A DNA stretch of 63,524 bases, the filler included, from Basidioascus undulatus (lineage: Eukaryota): NCBI GenBank assembly GCA_000826855.1. It is 10 parts of 10 records of this genome, joined end to end, with 100 filler letters (N's around TTAATTAATTAA, not from the genome) between each part and the next. Parts side by side here need not be neighbours in the genome. Positions count along the whole stretch, not along the records: positions 53,179 to 59,511 come from JTLS01002290.1; positions 59,612 to 63,524 come from JTLS01002291.1; 8 more parts are not named here. The stretch is one strand, 5' to 3'. Position numbers and translations under genes: made by a program. The notes under the pieces are model-generated. The model did not search any database and was not told the origin of the DNA. It saw only the letters and a program-made list of their open reading frames with translations. Below, one piece after another: positions 53,179-63,524 of this stretch; within the stretch, counting starts at the first letter, position 1; each line of letters starts with the position of its first letter.

Positions 53179-54959
53179 CAAACTCGTCCTTCACGCCCGG
53201 GCCCGAGCCGATCGCAGCGACGTTCTGCAGCGCCGAGGACGGCCGCTTGCGCTTCCCCCCGCCGCCGCCCGTGCTGTGGGCCGTGCCGGATGTGGAGGGG
53301 GTGGCGCGTTTGCGGGAGGCTGGGGTGGGGTGGGGGTGGTTAGAATGGGGAAAGCGGAGGAGGAAGAGGAGGCAGAGGATGGACACATACCTTTCTCGCC
53401 CTCCGGTCGCAGTGCATCCTCAGCCTTGCACTGCGCGATGAACGCCTGGCGAGCGACGCACACTGTCCAGTCGCCCCCATAATGAGCCCTTTAATATTCA
53501 CCTCATATCGAGCACTTTCAGTAGAAGAAGCTGAATGAAGGAAAGACGCACTCTGCTGTCCCCACTCGACCTCCTCCGGCGGGTCCACGTTCTCCCTCGC
53601 GAGCTCCTCGTCTGAGATGCGCGTCAGGAGCGGGACCTGCCCGGGGTTGGCGCGCGACTGGGCGTCGGCGAAGGGGTTCGGGAGGATGGGGTCGGCCTGC
53701 GGAGGGAGGTATGTGAGGTGTTAATTAGTGAGTAAGAAGGGAACGGGAGGGGCAGGCGTACGCCGGGGTTTTCGAGATAGTAGAAAACCTGTTTGAGAGG
53801 GTGCGAGGTTAAGGAGAGTTTAGAAGGGAGGGGTAATGAAGGAGGTGGGAGTAGAGCGAACGAACGAGCCAGAGGAATGCCTGGGCGCGCTGCGCTGAGG
53901 GGATGTTGGATGGCCAGAAGAGCTCGTAGCTTATCAGGGGAAAAGGGCGTCTGCGTGAATACAGAGGGAGATGCGAGCAGTACAGGATGGTCGGACATAC
54001 ACGTCAAACCCAGGAGGCATATGATCGCGGTTGACGGACGCCGCGCACATCATAAGGGCGAAGATGAAGTTGACGACAGAGGTGGGTGGGCGGAAGCCGC
54101 TCATCTGCGTCCCGCCGTTCAGTCAGAATATTAACATGATAACAGAGAGGAGCAAAGACGACCCACGTATTTCATCTTGATAGAGAGCAGCGTCCCCGGC
54201 GGCTGGTCGACCTCGTGCGGGTGCAGCGCGCCCTTGAGCGACGACTTCATCCGCGGCGCGTCGCCGAGCTGCTTGCGGGACGTTTCGGTCTTTTGGATGG
54301 AGGGGACAGGCTAGGTAAAGTAAAAATTTCCAGGAATAGTTGAGCTGAGAAGTGCAGTGAGGGTGTAGGATGAGGAGATGGACGTACGTGGTACGAGCGC
54401 AGCTGGGTGCGCATTTCTGAGTAGAAGGCGAGCGTCGTGTTGATGCGCCCGACATTGACGAGGAATGTGCTGTGATCGCGTGAAGAGAAGTTTCAGCATT
54501 TATCGCAACAGAAGAAAGTAAATGGATTGGCAGGCGCACATCATGCAAACGTCAAGCGCATAGGCCGGGTCAGCTCCGACCTTGTCCCTCATGATCTTAG
54601 TCGACTTGTTGCTCGAGACGATCGCATCCGAGTACCTTTCTCCCTCATCTTCAACTTCAACACTTCATCTCTCCAAACCGACCAGCCAAAAAAAGAAACA
54701 CCCACAGCTCGAAGAAAGTCATCTTCCTCCCGCCCTCCGTGACGCGCCCCGGGGGCGGGGTGAAGCACTGCCTTTGGTCGGAGAAGATGGCGTTGAGGAA
54801 GTCGTACTGCATATCGCGGCGGAGGATGGGCTGCCCGTCGGGGAGCTTGATCGCGGGGAACTTGGCGGTCGCGACGCTGGGCATCGGGCCCGAGGCCATG
54901 GACGGGCCGGTCGCGACGGAAGAGGGCGCGGGCGAGCCCGAGAAGGCGCGCTCGGACAT
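53179..54959 (-). CDS. IES1: INO80 complex subunit Ies1 (3' end lost in the gap)
   Basis: IKLPDGQPILRRDMQYDFLNAIFSD, LVNVGRINTTLAFYSEMRTQLRSYHPVPSIQ, QLGDAPRMKSSLK. Confidence 0.88.
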
Positions 54960-55440
54960 CGTAGCTTTGCTCTGGTCTAGATGGGAGTATTCGAGGGAGT
55001 ATAGGTGAAGATTATGGGGAAAATAAGAAGACTGCGTGTGCGGTGGATGAACGGAGAAGGCAACTGTGTGAGCGACGCATCCAGCTCCCACGTGATTCGG
55101 CGATAAGGAGCTGTGTATCAGCGATTGCTGAGTTCATTGCTGGCCTCGGAAGTCTGCGACTCACCTTGTCATTTCACCACGACATTCACGAACTACATTC
55201 TAATGATTCAGAGAAACTGGACGGTGCTTTGAAAGCTTCATAGCCTTAAATGCTCACAGGCGAGTGAGCGACCGTACTGCAGTACAAATAATCACAACAC
55301 AGTCGACGCTGGCGCTGCCGTCGCTTCGGGCCGGGCCGCCTAGCTTGGCTTCGCAACGCATCAGCAACACATCAACTCCATCTCTCTTCCTTCCTCTCGA
55401 TCAGGCGTTGTATACGGTGCTGTCAACCGATCGGGATACC

Positions 55441-57540
55441 ATGGCACGAAGTCCGCCAGCCAAGAAAGTCGCCTTCTCAGACGAGCCGACCGTCATGTTC
55501 GATCAACCGGCGAGCGAGTCTCCGAAGCCTCGAGTGCGTTCGCGGGGTGCGGCTCTGCTGGACTGCAGCTGGAGCTGGAACTGAGAAGCCGGGGGGNGGG
55601 GGGGGGGGGGGGTGCTTGTATGGCTGGATGGTAGTCGGCGGTATCCCAGGTCGTGCATGTGCGTCCCCCATCTCCCTTTCCAGCGCTGCCGGGATCCTGC
55701 CGGGATCCTCACACCTCGTCGTCCGACCAGGATGCCCTCGCGATCGGGTACGACTGGGCAACAAGCCCGTTCTCATTCGTCCCCGTTGCAGCGCTGGTGC
55801 TGCTAGCGGACGCGGCGCTGTGTCAGGCCATCATCCGCTACATCCCCTGTGCGCAACCACCCACCTTCCCCCCATTTCCGCAGCCGCGCGGACTGACGAA
55901 GCTGGTGTGCGGGGACCAGACACCGAGATCGACTGGTCGACGTACATGCAGCAGGTCGCGCTCTTCCTCTCCGGCGAACAGGACTACACCAAGCTGCGGG
56001 GCGATACGGGGCCGCTGGTGTGCGTGCTGTCTTTCCTTCCGCCTCGCAAAGAAACGGCTTACCGGTGAGCATTCCACAGATACCCCGCCGGCCACGTCTT
56101 CCTCTACTCGTTCCTACACCGCCTCACCCGAGGCGGGACGGACCTTCCCTTCGCACAGCAACTCTTCGCGGGGTTCTACATCCTCAGCCTCGGCCTCGTC
56201 CTAGCCATCTACCGGAAAACGCATTCCGTGCGTCCTCAAGTTCCCCTTGCCTCTGATACCTTAAATGCATGCTGATGATGAAATTGCACGCAAAGGTCCC
56301 GCCCTACGCCCTCCCCCTCCTCATCCTCTCCAAGCGCCTGCACAGCATCTTCCTCCTCCGGCTTTTCAACGACCCGCTCGCGCTCACGGTCCTCTACGCC
56401 TCGGTCCTCACGCTCTTGTATAGGCGCTGGAACGCAGCGGCGATCCTGTACAGGTGTGTTGACATCTTAGCCCTTGCACACCCCTCACTTCTCTGAGGCT
56501 GAACGGTGCGGAGGGCGACACGAACAGCCTCGCACTGAGCATCAAGATGAACATCCTGCTCTTCTTGCCCGGCCTCGCAACGGTTCTCCTCCTCTCGACG
56601 GGCCCGCTGGGCCTCCTCCGACACGGCCTCACGATCCTGACCATCCAAGTACCCCTCCCCTCCCTTTCCCTCCCCCGACCCGCACTCACTCCACCGCAAC
56701 GCACAGGCCGTTCTCGCCCAGCCCTTCACGCCCCACCTGCGCGCCTATCTCACATCCGCATTCGACCTCTCCCGCGTCTTCCTCTACCGCTGGACCGTAA
56801 ACTGGCGATTTGTCCCCGAGCGGACGTTCCTCTCGCGCCCGTTCGGCGCGGCGCTCCTCGGCGCGCACCTTGCGCTCCTGCTCTGGTTTGGGGTGACGCG
56901 CTGGGCGCATCCGGCGGGTGGCGTAAGCGCGCTGGTTAAGAGGGTGTGGAAGAGGCCGGAGCTCCCGGTTGTCCGGGAGCCGCTGGGCGCGAGATGTGGG
57001 TCTTGGACACTCTGCGATGCTTCTGCGTGTGGGTTGTTGAGATTGGGAAGGGTGCAGTCATCGTCAATACTCTTTTCACCTCCAACCTCGTCGGGATCCT
57101 TTGCGCGCGCTCGCTGCACTACCAGTTCTACAGGTGCGCTCTTCCCTCCGTCTCCTCTACCCTTTATTCACTCACATCCCCCTTTTTCGCACCGTCCATC
57201 CAGCTGGTACGCCCACCAAACCCTCTTTCTCGCATTTCAAACGCCCTACCCCCTCCCAATCAAGTACGCCGCATCCCCTCTCCTCTCTACCATCCCTCAT
57301 CCCCCTCCCATTCTCGTCCTCTTCTCCCCCTCTCCCTCATGAGCGTCCACTGACCCCCCCTCCCACCAACAAAGGCTTGCCCTCCCCACCGCAATCGAGT
57401 ACGCGTGGAACGTCTACCCGTCCACGGACGCCTCGTCCGCCGTCCTGCTCGCTGCGAACGCGGCGCTGCTTGCTGGGGTGTGGTTGGGCGACCGAGGGGA
57501 GGGGAAGAAGCACCGGGAGGGGAGAGAGAAAGTCGAGTAG
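55441..57540 (+). CDS. ALG3: Dol-P-Man:Man5GlcNAc2-PP-Dol alpha-1,3-mannosyltransferase
   Basis: [85 protein letters not shown]. Confidence 0.96.
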
Positions 57541-58655
57541 GGGTTTGGATATGGATTTGAGGCACGGATGGATTACAGCTCGCGGATCAGTTGGCGCAGG
57601 CAGTCCCTGCGCTTCGTCCTGCCTACGATGCGGCCTGCTGTCTTTGTGAAGAGAGCAAGGGCACGCAGCTGCCACTGGTCGTTGAGCATTTCGAACCTTG
57701 ATTTGTTGGTGGTCTATCTTGTCGCCCGCGTTAGATCGATTTAATGAACACTTCAACAACTGCGCTTGAAACTGTCGGAGTCCTTACGTTTCGCTTCAAC
57801 GCTACGAGTGCTTCTCGATTACAGATTGGAGGCATCACTGCCATCAGTTGACCTGATAGAAACGAAACGTTCCAGTAAAGCACATAATTTTCATCGAATT
57901 GTTCTTTCGGTAAAGGGCAAGCGGTGAGAGCAACGGGCATGAATGTATAAGTAAGCAGCATCAAGTCTACCCTCACAGACTATTCCTACAACTACCAAAG
58001 CAAAACAGCTCCCGAAGCTCAATCCAGACGCCTTCTCCTTCCCCCCAGCCACGGCGAACGATAAGCCAACGAGCGGCGGCCGCTTGGGGACGGACGAACC
58101 GGGCAGTGGCGGCCACAGCTGGACGGAGGAGAGGTCGAGGGACGCCGGGCTAGCGGGGGCCTTCTTCTAGGGGGGGTAGTCGGGGTGCTAGAACGCGAGC
58201 GCTTTGAGCCCGGACGGTCGTCGCGCTGCTGCGGCTGCGAGAACGCTTGGTGGAAGTGCCTATCCGTGCCCGGGGGCTGGAACGAAGATTGGGGAAGAGC
58301 CGGCGCCTATCGCTGCGGGGTGGTCGGGTATGAGGCGAGCGAGGAGAGAACGCGCTGCGCGACGAGGCAGGACGCCAGGCTGTTTCTCGCTGCGCTCGAC
58401 GGTGATGGTGACGATCCCTTCCGGCGGCTTCATTGGGCTCAGCGTTGGGCTTTCAGTTTATCAAGGGAGAGGAGGGTTCACCGAGCATCTCGCACTTCGT
58501 TTGGAGATTTACGTCGTTCGAGAGCGCGGCGGCGCATTCACTTTCGCCTTCGTACAAGGGGAACTGAACCCCAGACTCGCAAACCGTAAAGCGTCAAGAC
58601 GTGTATCTCATCACCCCGCACCTAAGCCAAAGCAGCCCTCACGTCCCCTTCTCCT

Positions 58656-59460
58656 TCACCCCTCGTTCTCCCATCCCTCATTCTTCACTTCCCCCTTCTC
58701 CAGGACCTCCTTCTTTACCTCCACCAAGCCCCCCTCCTCATCCTCACCCGCTCCCGCTGCGGCCTTCGCCCGCCCAAGGAGCTGCCACGCCCACGCGGCT
58801 ATCACAACGCCCGCCGTGAGCCCCGCTGCGAGGAGGGCGGTGCCGGCTAGGGTGAGGAGGAGGATGACGGCTGTTTTCCTTGTTTTAGTAAGCGCGAGCG
58901 AGGGGAGAAAGGGTTGGGGAAGGGAAGGAAGAGGGAAAGGAGACGCACCCGCTATGAGCGTAACTGACCCCGCTATGAGCCCCGCCCAGAAGAGGGCGGT
59001 GAGGAGGAGGGTCGTCCATAGGAGGAGGATGAATGCGCTTTGTTCCCCACCCAGCCCGTCCCAGCCCCGCAATCAGCAATCAGCATTTATCTTCGAAGGG
59101 AAGGGGAGGGGGGGGGGCCGCGCACAGGAAGGAGAGGACGGGGATGAAGGAGGTTAGGGCGAGGAGGGCAAGGAAGACCTGATTGGCGTCGGTGGGGTAA
59201 GCATGCGTATGGCAGGATGTGGGATGAGTGGGGAGATGAGGAGACGCACGACAGTAACTGGCTGCTCGTGCGCCTTGGACCGCACCCACTCTGTGCGCTC
59301 GAGAATCCTGTCCCTCGCGAACCTATCCACCATGCCAACCAACATTAGGGCTGCCTATCCTTCCCTGCTCTTTATAACAAAAGAAAGGGAAGACGCACTC
59401 CTGCCATCCTGCTCCCGCCCCCGCCTCCAGCTCCTCCCCTGGCGCGCGCGCGCTCTCGCG
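58656..59460 (-). CDS. Promethin/LDAF1-like small multi-TM protein (5' end probably in the gap)
   Basis: AHEQPVT-VFLALLALTSFIPVLSFL followed by long hydrophobic hairpins and a charged tail; spliced. Confidence 0.5.
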
Positions 59461-60735
59461 CTTGATTTCGCTTGGCGAGGTCGTGGTGGATGCGAGGGGG
59501 GTGTTGCTTAGNNNNNNNNNNNNNNNNNNNNNNNNNNNNNNNNNNNNNNNNNNNNTTAATTAATTAANNNNNNNNNNNNNNNNNNNNNNNNNNNNNNNNN
59601 NNNNNNNNNNNGGTCGCCGTAAGACCCTTCAGCTGAGGATCGTGAATGCGCAAGGAAACGATTGCGTCTCGGCAGTAAGTGCTCGATTGGTCTTCTTATC
59701 TCACATAGTCAACCCTCTAGGGAGAGCCTCAGCTTTTAAGTAGCACAAGAAAGTCCTTGCTATCTATGTGGCAGTGACATGTGGGAACAAAACGGGGAAA
59801 AGAAGACTGGGTAGTGGGTCAGTCGTCCCAGCATGCTTGCGATCTTTCTCGCGGCGGATTCGCTAGATGGAGAATACCTGCTCAGGTTGCCTGAGAATGC
59901 TGCATCTCTTTACAGATCCGGTTCTGGGACCAGTCTCAGGGGCTTTCACCCTCATTACGACTGGACCGTACCGGCAGCGGGGATGGCACGCAATGGAGCG
60001 AGAGCATCGGGGAGCTATGCACTGTTCCTCAGAACGTCGGTCGACATGGATTTCAATACAGTCCTAGTTTGAGGGGGGCTATGCTTGGAGGTGTGAGGTT
60101 TTGTGGTCATTCATAGGTCTCGGGGCGCGGCGACGCTTTGTTCTTACGAAGTGGTGCTTAGAGACCTCGGTCTGACTGGGCTAATGGATTGCGAAGGAGG
60201 GGAGAGAGGGAGACGGGGGATCAATTTAAGTCAAAAGAACGCCATGCATCCGAAAGTTATGTAGAGAATGCACCAAGCCAGTGCTGTCGGAGGACGTCTG
60301 GACGAGCCAGTGCTTTGCCTTCTGCCCCCACAGCCAAGAAGTGCCATCGCTGTACATCTTGAAGAGACGGATGCTCTAAATGATAGTCTTGGTTTTCAGA
60401 TAATACGTCTTGGGGCTTCTAGTTCCACTCATCTGGACACGAAGGCTATGAGTTCCGTTGACAAGAGCTGAGAGCGGATGTCCCTACGACAGCTGAAGCC
60501 TGCTGGAATCGCCGTTGCTCCTAAGAGCACTTCTTTGGGAGAACACCTTCGGCCTGATTGATCCTGGCGAAATAACAGAGCTGAAGGCTGACATTAGTGC
60601 CCACGCTCGCCACATGAAGTCGCAGACCTTCTCGAACCGAAGAGGCTTCGATCAGCTTCACTTATGGTCCGCTAAAGACTGACTACACCACGATACTTCG
60701 GTCCCTATAATCATTAAAGGCATTAAGAAGAATAG

Positions 60736-61032
60736 GGGATGTCAAAGTCGCCGCAACCTCTCGCAACGTGGCCGCAACGAGAAATTCGATTCCCATTTAT
60801 GGGCCGCAACGTCTCGATTTGCGCCGCAACGTGTGACATCGTAGCATCTTGATCCTCTCCGAACCGGAACGTCTTCTTTTGATGGCAGAACTACAGCGGA
60901 AAATACGCCCCGTTGCAAGCAACGCTGGCGGGGGTGATCACGACACAACAGCAAGTTGCGAGTCCTCGCTGCAACCCGCTTGCGCCGCTTGCGAGCAACC
61001 TTAAATCGACCAAGTTGCGACTTTGACATCCC
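60736..61032. mobile_element. Non-autonomous TIR element (hAT-like MITE), 297 bp
   Basis: Perfect 16-bp TIR GGGATGTCAAAGTCGC (60736-60751) / GCGACTTTGACATCCC (61017-61032); many subterminal (C)GCAAC/GTTGC motifs; no clear TSD. Confidence 0.75.
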
Positions 61033-61432
61033 TCATGCGAAAACTGTCTGTCCCTTTGTCACTCGGTTTTGACAGGCGAGAATGAAGTGTCAAGTGCCAC
61101 ACAGCGCGGGAAATGGGGAGCGCGGGGCGGCCGTCGCAGCGTTCGCGACGTCCGTCTCAACGCTCGGTATTCTCCTTCGACGAGCACTTCCATCTCAATC
61201 TGGCCAATCAACGCTATTAGAACAGACGAAAGCGGTAGTCGAACGGTATGTTGATCTGTCAACCTGCGGAGAACGAGCGAAGAGCTCATCGAGCGTTGAG
61301 AAGGCGACGATCGTTGCAGCTCGCGTAGGCCGTCGCGCTTTGTCGCCGCTGTCGAGGCCGCACTTGTGAGTCGATGCAAAGTCATACCATTCGGTGTGAC
61401 TAATATTTCTCTGTTTGCTTGTAGCCGCCACG

Positions 61433-63524
61433 ATGATGAGCCTTCTCAACTCCCCGATCCTGACGACCTACGTCCTCCCCCTGGTGCTGCTCCTCCTCCT
61501 CGCGCGGTACACGCTCTCGTTCGTCCTCCCGCGCATCACCCGCACCGTCCGCATCTCCTCCATCTCCCCGCGCTCCGTCCGCGGAATCGTCGTCGGGCCA
61601 TTCCGCGCAGACCGTATTGGCTGGGGACTGGCGAGCCGGGCAGGGGGAAGGCGCAGGGCCTGGGTCACCTTCCGCGTTGAGGGGGCCGAGTGGAAGATGG
61701 GGGTGGGCAAGGGAAGGAAGGGGAAGAATAAAGAGAATAAAGAGAGTGGGAGTGGTGAAAGGTGCGTAGGTTCACTTGAAAGCGTGCGAGGAAGCCAGTC
61801 TCAAGCCTGGACCTACAGCCCTTCTTCCACTGTGCATCCCCCCCTCCCTGCCCGCCTCCTCCTCAAGCTCTCCAAATCCACCCTCCGCCTGCTCCCCTCC
61901 GTCGCCCAGTTCCTCACCCTTGAGCTCCACGCGACTCGCGTCCTCCTCCCCACAGGCGCGACCCTCACCCTCTCCCGCGCCGCCGTATCCGCGCACGTCG
62001 ACCTCTCCACGACACTCCTCGAGGCGGGCGAGACGCTCTCCGCGGGGCGGGCGCGGGACGCCTTCCGCCGCGTTTGGGCCGACGCGGAGGGCACCGTCAA
62101 ACTCACGCTCGTCCTCGAGGGCCTGCACGTCTGCCCGCCCGACATGAGCGCACAGCCTGCCGTCAGCGTGCCGGGCGCATCGACGCTCGTCGCAGAGGCG
62201 CGCTTTGGGAGGAGTGCGGGCCCGCTCGGGTGGGGCGAGGCCAAGATCGGGGTGGAGATAGCTGGCGTCGAGGCGGACTGGGAGAGGCTGCGCGAGCTGC
62301 AGGACGCGCTGGAGCAGTGGACCAAGAAGGAGAAGCCGCGGCCGTCCCCGATAAACACGAACCTCGAACGGCCATCCCACCGCCGCACCTCCCTCTCCCC
62401 CTCCGTCTGTTCCTCCGCCTCCAGCTCCCGCACCCGCCGCGCCCGCAAGTCCGCCGCCGCTGGTCCCTCGCCCTCGGAGATGCTCCTGCGCGCGTTCGAC
62501 TCGCTCTCCCTCACCCTCTCCTCCGCGACGCTCACCTCCCACCGCCACCCCGCTCTCACCCTCACCGCCTCCCTCCACACACTCCGCATCGCCCTCCGCC
62601 CGTCCTCCGTACACACCAAGCGCCTCCCCTTCCTGCACGGGTCCGCCCCCGCGTCGTACAGCCACATCCGCCCCGCCTCCCTCGAGCTCTCCCTCGCGCA
62701 GGCGGCGCTCGACCTCGCCAGCGGGGAGACGCGTCCGACCGCGCGGGTCCTTGACCTCCAAGCGCTCGCGGTCGACGCCGCAGGGATTTGGAGACCAGAG
62801 GGCAAAGCCCCCAGCCCGCAGTCGCTCGGCGAGGACCCCAACTTCCATGCCGTCGTATTCGAAGCGAGCCTGGACCGCATATCCGGCGAAGGGGAGTGGG
62901 ATGCCCTTCGCGAAGCCGCCACAGCGTTCCTGCCTCTCCCGCGTCCGCGCTCTTCCAATCCTACGAAACCGACCCCACGCACGCTCCCCAACCTCCCCCG
63001 CCTCACAGCCTGCTTCGCCCTGGGCGACATCTCCTACTCCCTCGGCCTCCCCAGCGCAGGCTCCATCCTCCTCCGCCTCCCCTTCACAGTCCTCAACGCG
63101 TCCTCCACATACAGGGACCACGCGGGCTGGCGCCCCCGGTGGGAAGCCAAGCACGCCCACCGCGGCTCGTCCGCCTCCTCCCGCGGCGCACACCCCGCAA
63201 CACACGACGCAACGCCCGAGGCTCTTCCGCTGGCGTACGAGTTTGCCGCGGCGCTGCATACCGCCCCGCTGTCCGTGTCACTCCTCCCCGCTTCCTCCAC
63301 GCACCGGCACCGCACCCCTACGCCCACGCCGACGCACGCGCAACACCTGTCCTCCACCCCGAGTGTGGGCAGCCTCGCGAGTGTTGCGAGCTCCCAGAGT
63401 GAGACGGTCGAGGGGCTGGCGGTGCTTGATGTGGGGCGGTGTGAGATGCGCGTGCAGGGCGATGTGCGCGGGTGGAATGCGAGGATGTGTCTATCACTAT
63501 CACGTTCAGGTCCTTCATCGTTAT
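61433..63524 (+). CDS. FMP27: Fmp27/Hobbit (BLTP2) lipid-transfer protein, 5' part
   Basis: N-terminal TM LPLVLLLLLARYTLSF, then RISSISPRSVRGI and a long beta-rich open exon from ~61818 to the window end; 5'UTR intron 61366-61424. Confidence 0.65.
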   Translation, partial: MMSLLNSPILTTYVLPLVLLLLLARYTLSFVLPRITRTVRISSISPRSVRGIVVGPFRADRIGWGLASRAGGRRRAWVTFRVEGAEWKMGVGKGRKGKNKENKESGSGERCVGSLESVRGSQSQAWTYSPSSTVHPPLPARLLLKLSKSTLRLLPSVAQFLTLELHATRVLLPTGATLTLSRAAVSAHVDLSTTLLEAGETLSAGRARDAFRRVWADAEGTVKLTLVLEGLHVCPPDMSAQPAVSVPGASTLVAEARFGRSAGPLGWGEAKIGVEIAGVEADWERLRELQDALEQWTKKEKPRPSPINTNLERPSHRRTSLSPSVCSSASSSRTRRARKSAAAGPSPSEMLLRAFDSLSLTLSSATLTSHRHPALTLTASLHTLRIALRPSSVHTKRLPFLHGSAPASYSHIRPASLELSLAQAALDLASGETRPTARVLDLQALAVDAAGIWRPEGKAPSPQSLGEDPNFHAVVFEASLDRISGEGEWDALREAATAFLPLPRPRSSNPTKPTPRTLPNLPRLTACFALGDISYSLGLPSAGSILLRLPFTVLNASSTYRDHAGWRPRWEAKHAHRGSSASSRGAHPATHDATPEALPLAYEFAAALHTAPLSVSLLPASSTHRHRTPTPTPTHAQHLSSTPSVGSLASVASSQSETVEGLAVLDVGRCEMRVQGDVRGWNARMCLSLSRSGPSSL

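Noticed and set aside
50957..57540. Possible functional cluster of ACR3 with IES1 and ALG3
   Set aside because: ACR3 is on a different contig; no other arsenic-resistance genes are visible beside it.
61772..63259. 495-aa minus-strand ORF (also 5788-6477 minus, 12514-13773 minus, 27068-27985 plus)
   Set aside because: Antisense shadows of GC3-rich genes on the opposite strand.

Overview
Intron-rich, GC-rich fungal DNA, most likely a basidiomycete (GTGCGT/GTGAGT donors, CTRAC branch points, 55-80 nt introns). The window is ten contigs joined by artificial 100-nt spacers (N-run, TTAATTAATTAA, N-run), so adjacency across gaps is not biological. Recognisable genes: a head-to-head HSP10/HSP60 pair, an intron-containing tRNA-Tyr, ACL4, NOG2, alanyl-tRNA synthetase, importin-9/KAP114, a TDA3-like FAD oxidoreductase, ISA2, DDI1, the ACR3 arsenite exporter, IES1, ALG3, a promethin-like gene and the 5' part of FMP27/Hobbit. 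There are also decayed copies (Pol X, GSK3-like kinase, SMP3, DUF6535), a Ty1/copia remnant, a ~630-bp foldback and a hAT-like MITE. Best observations: (1) two diverged ~244-nt snR191/U19-like H/ACA snoRNAs in two different NOG2 introns, sharing guide pockets for rRNA helix 69 and an unexplained conserved central module; (2) an 86-bp TTAGG/TTGGG telomere-like array inserted at a TTAGGG seed inside the first codons of ACR3; (3) a 107-aa signal-peptide/RDEL protein that only appears if a GC-AG intron is spliced; (4) a 4-nt micro-exon in HSP10 and a long hairpin in an HSP60 intron. All calls are by eye from the sequence and remembered family motifs; no database search was run.
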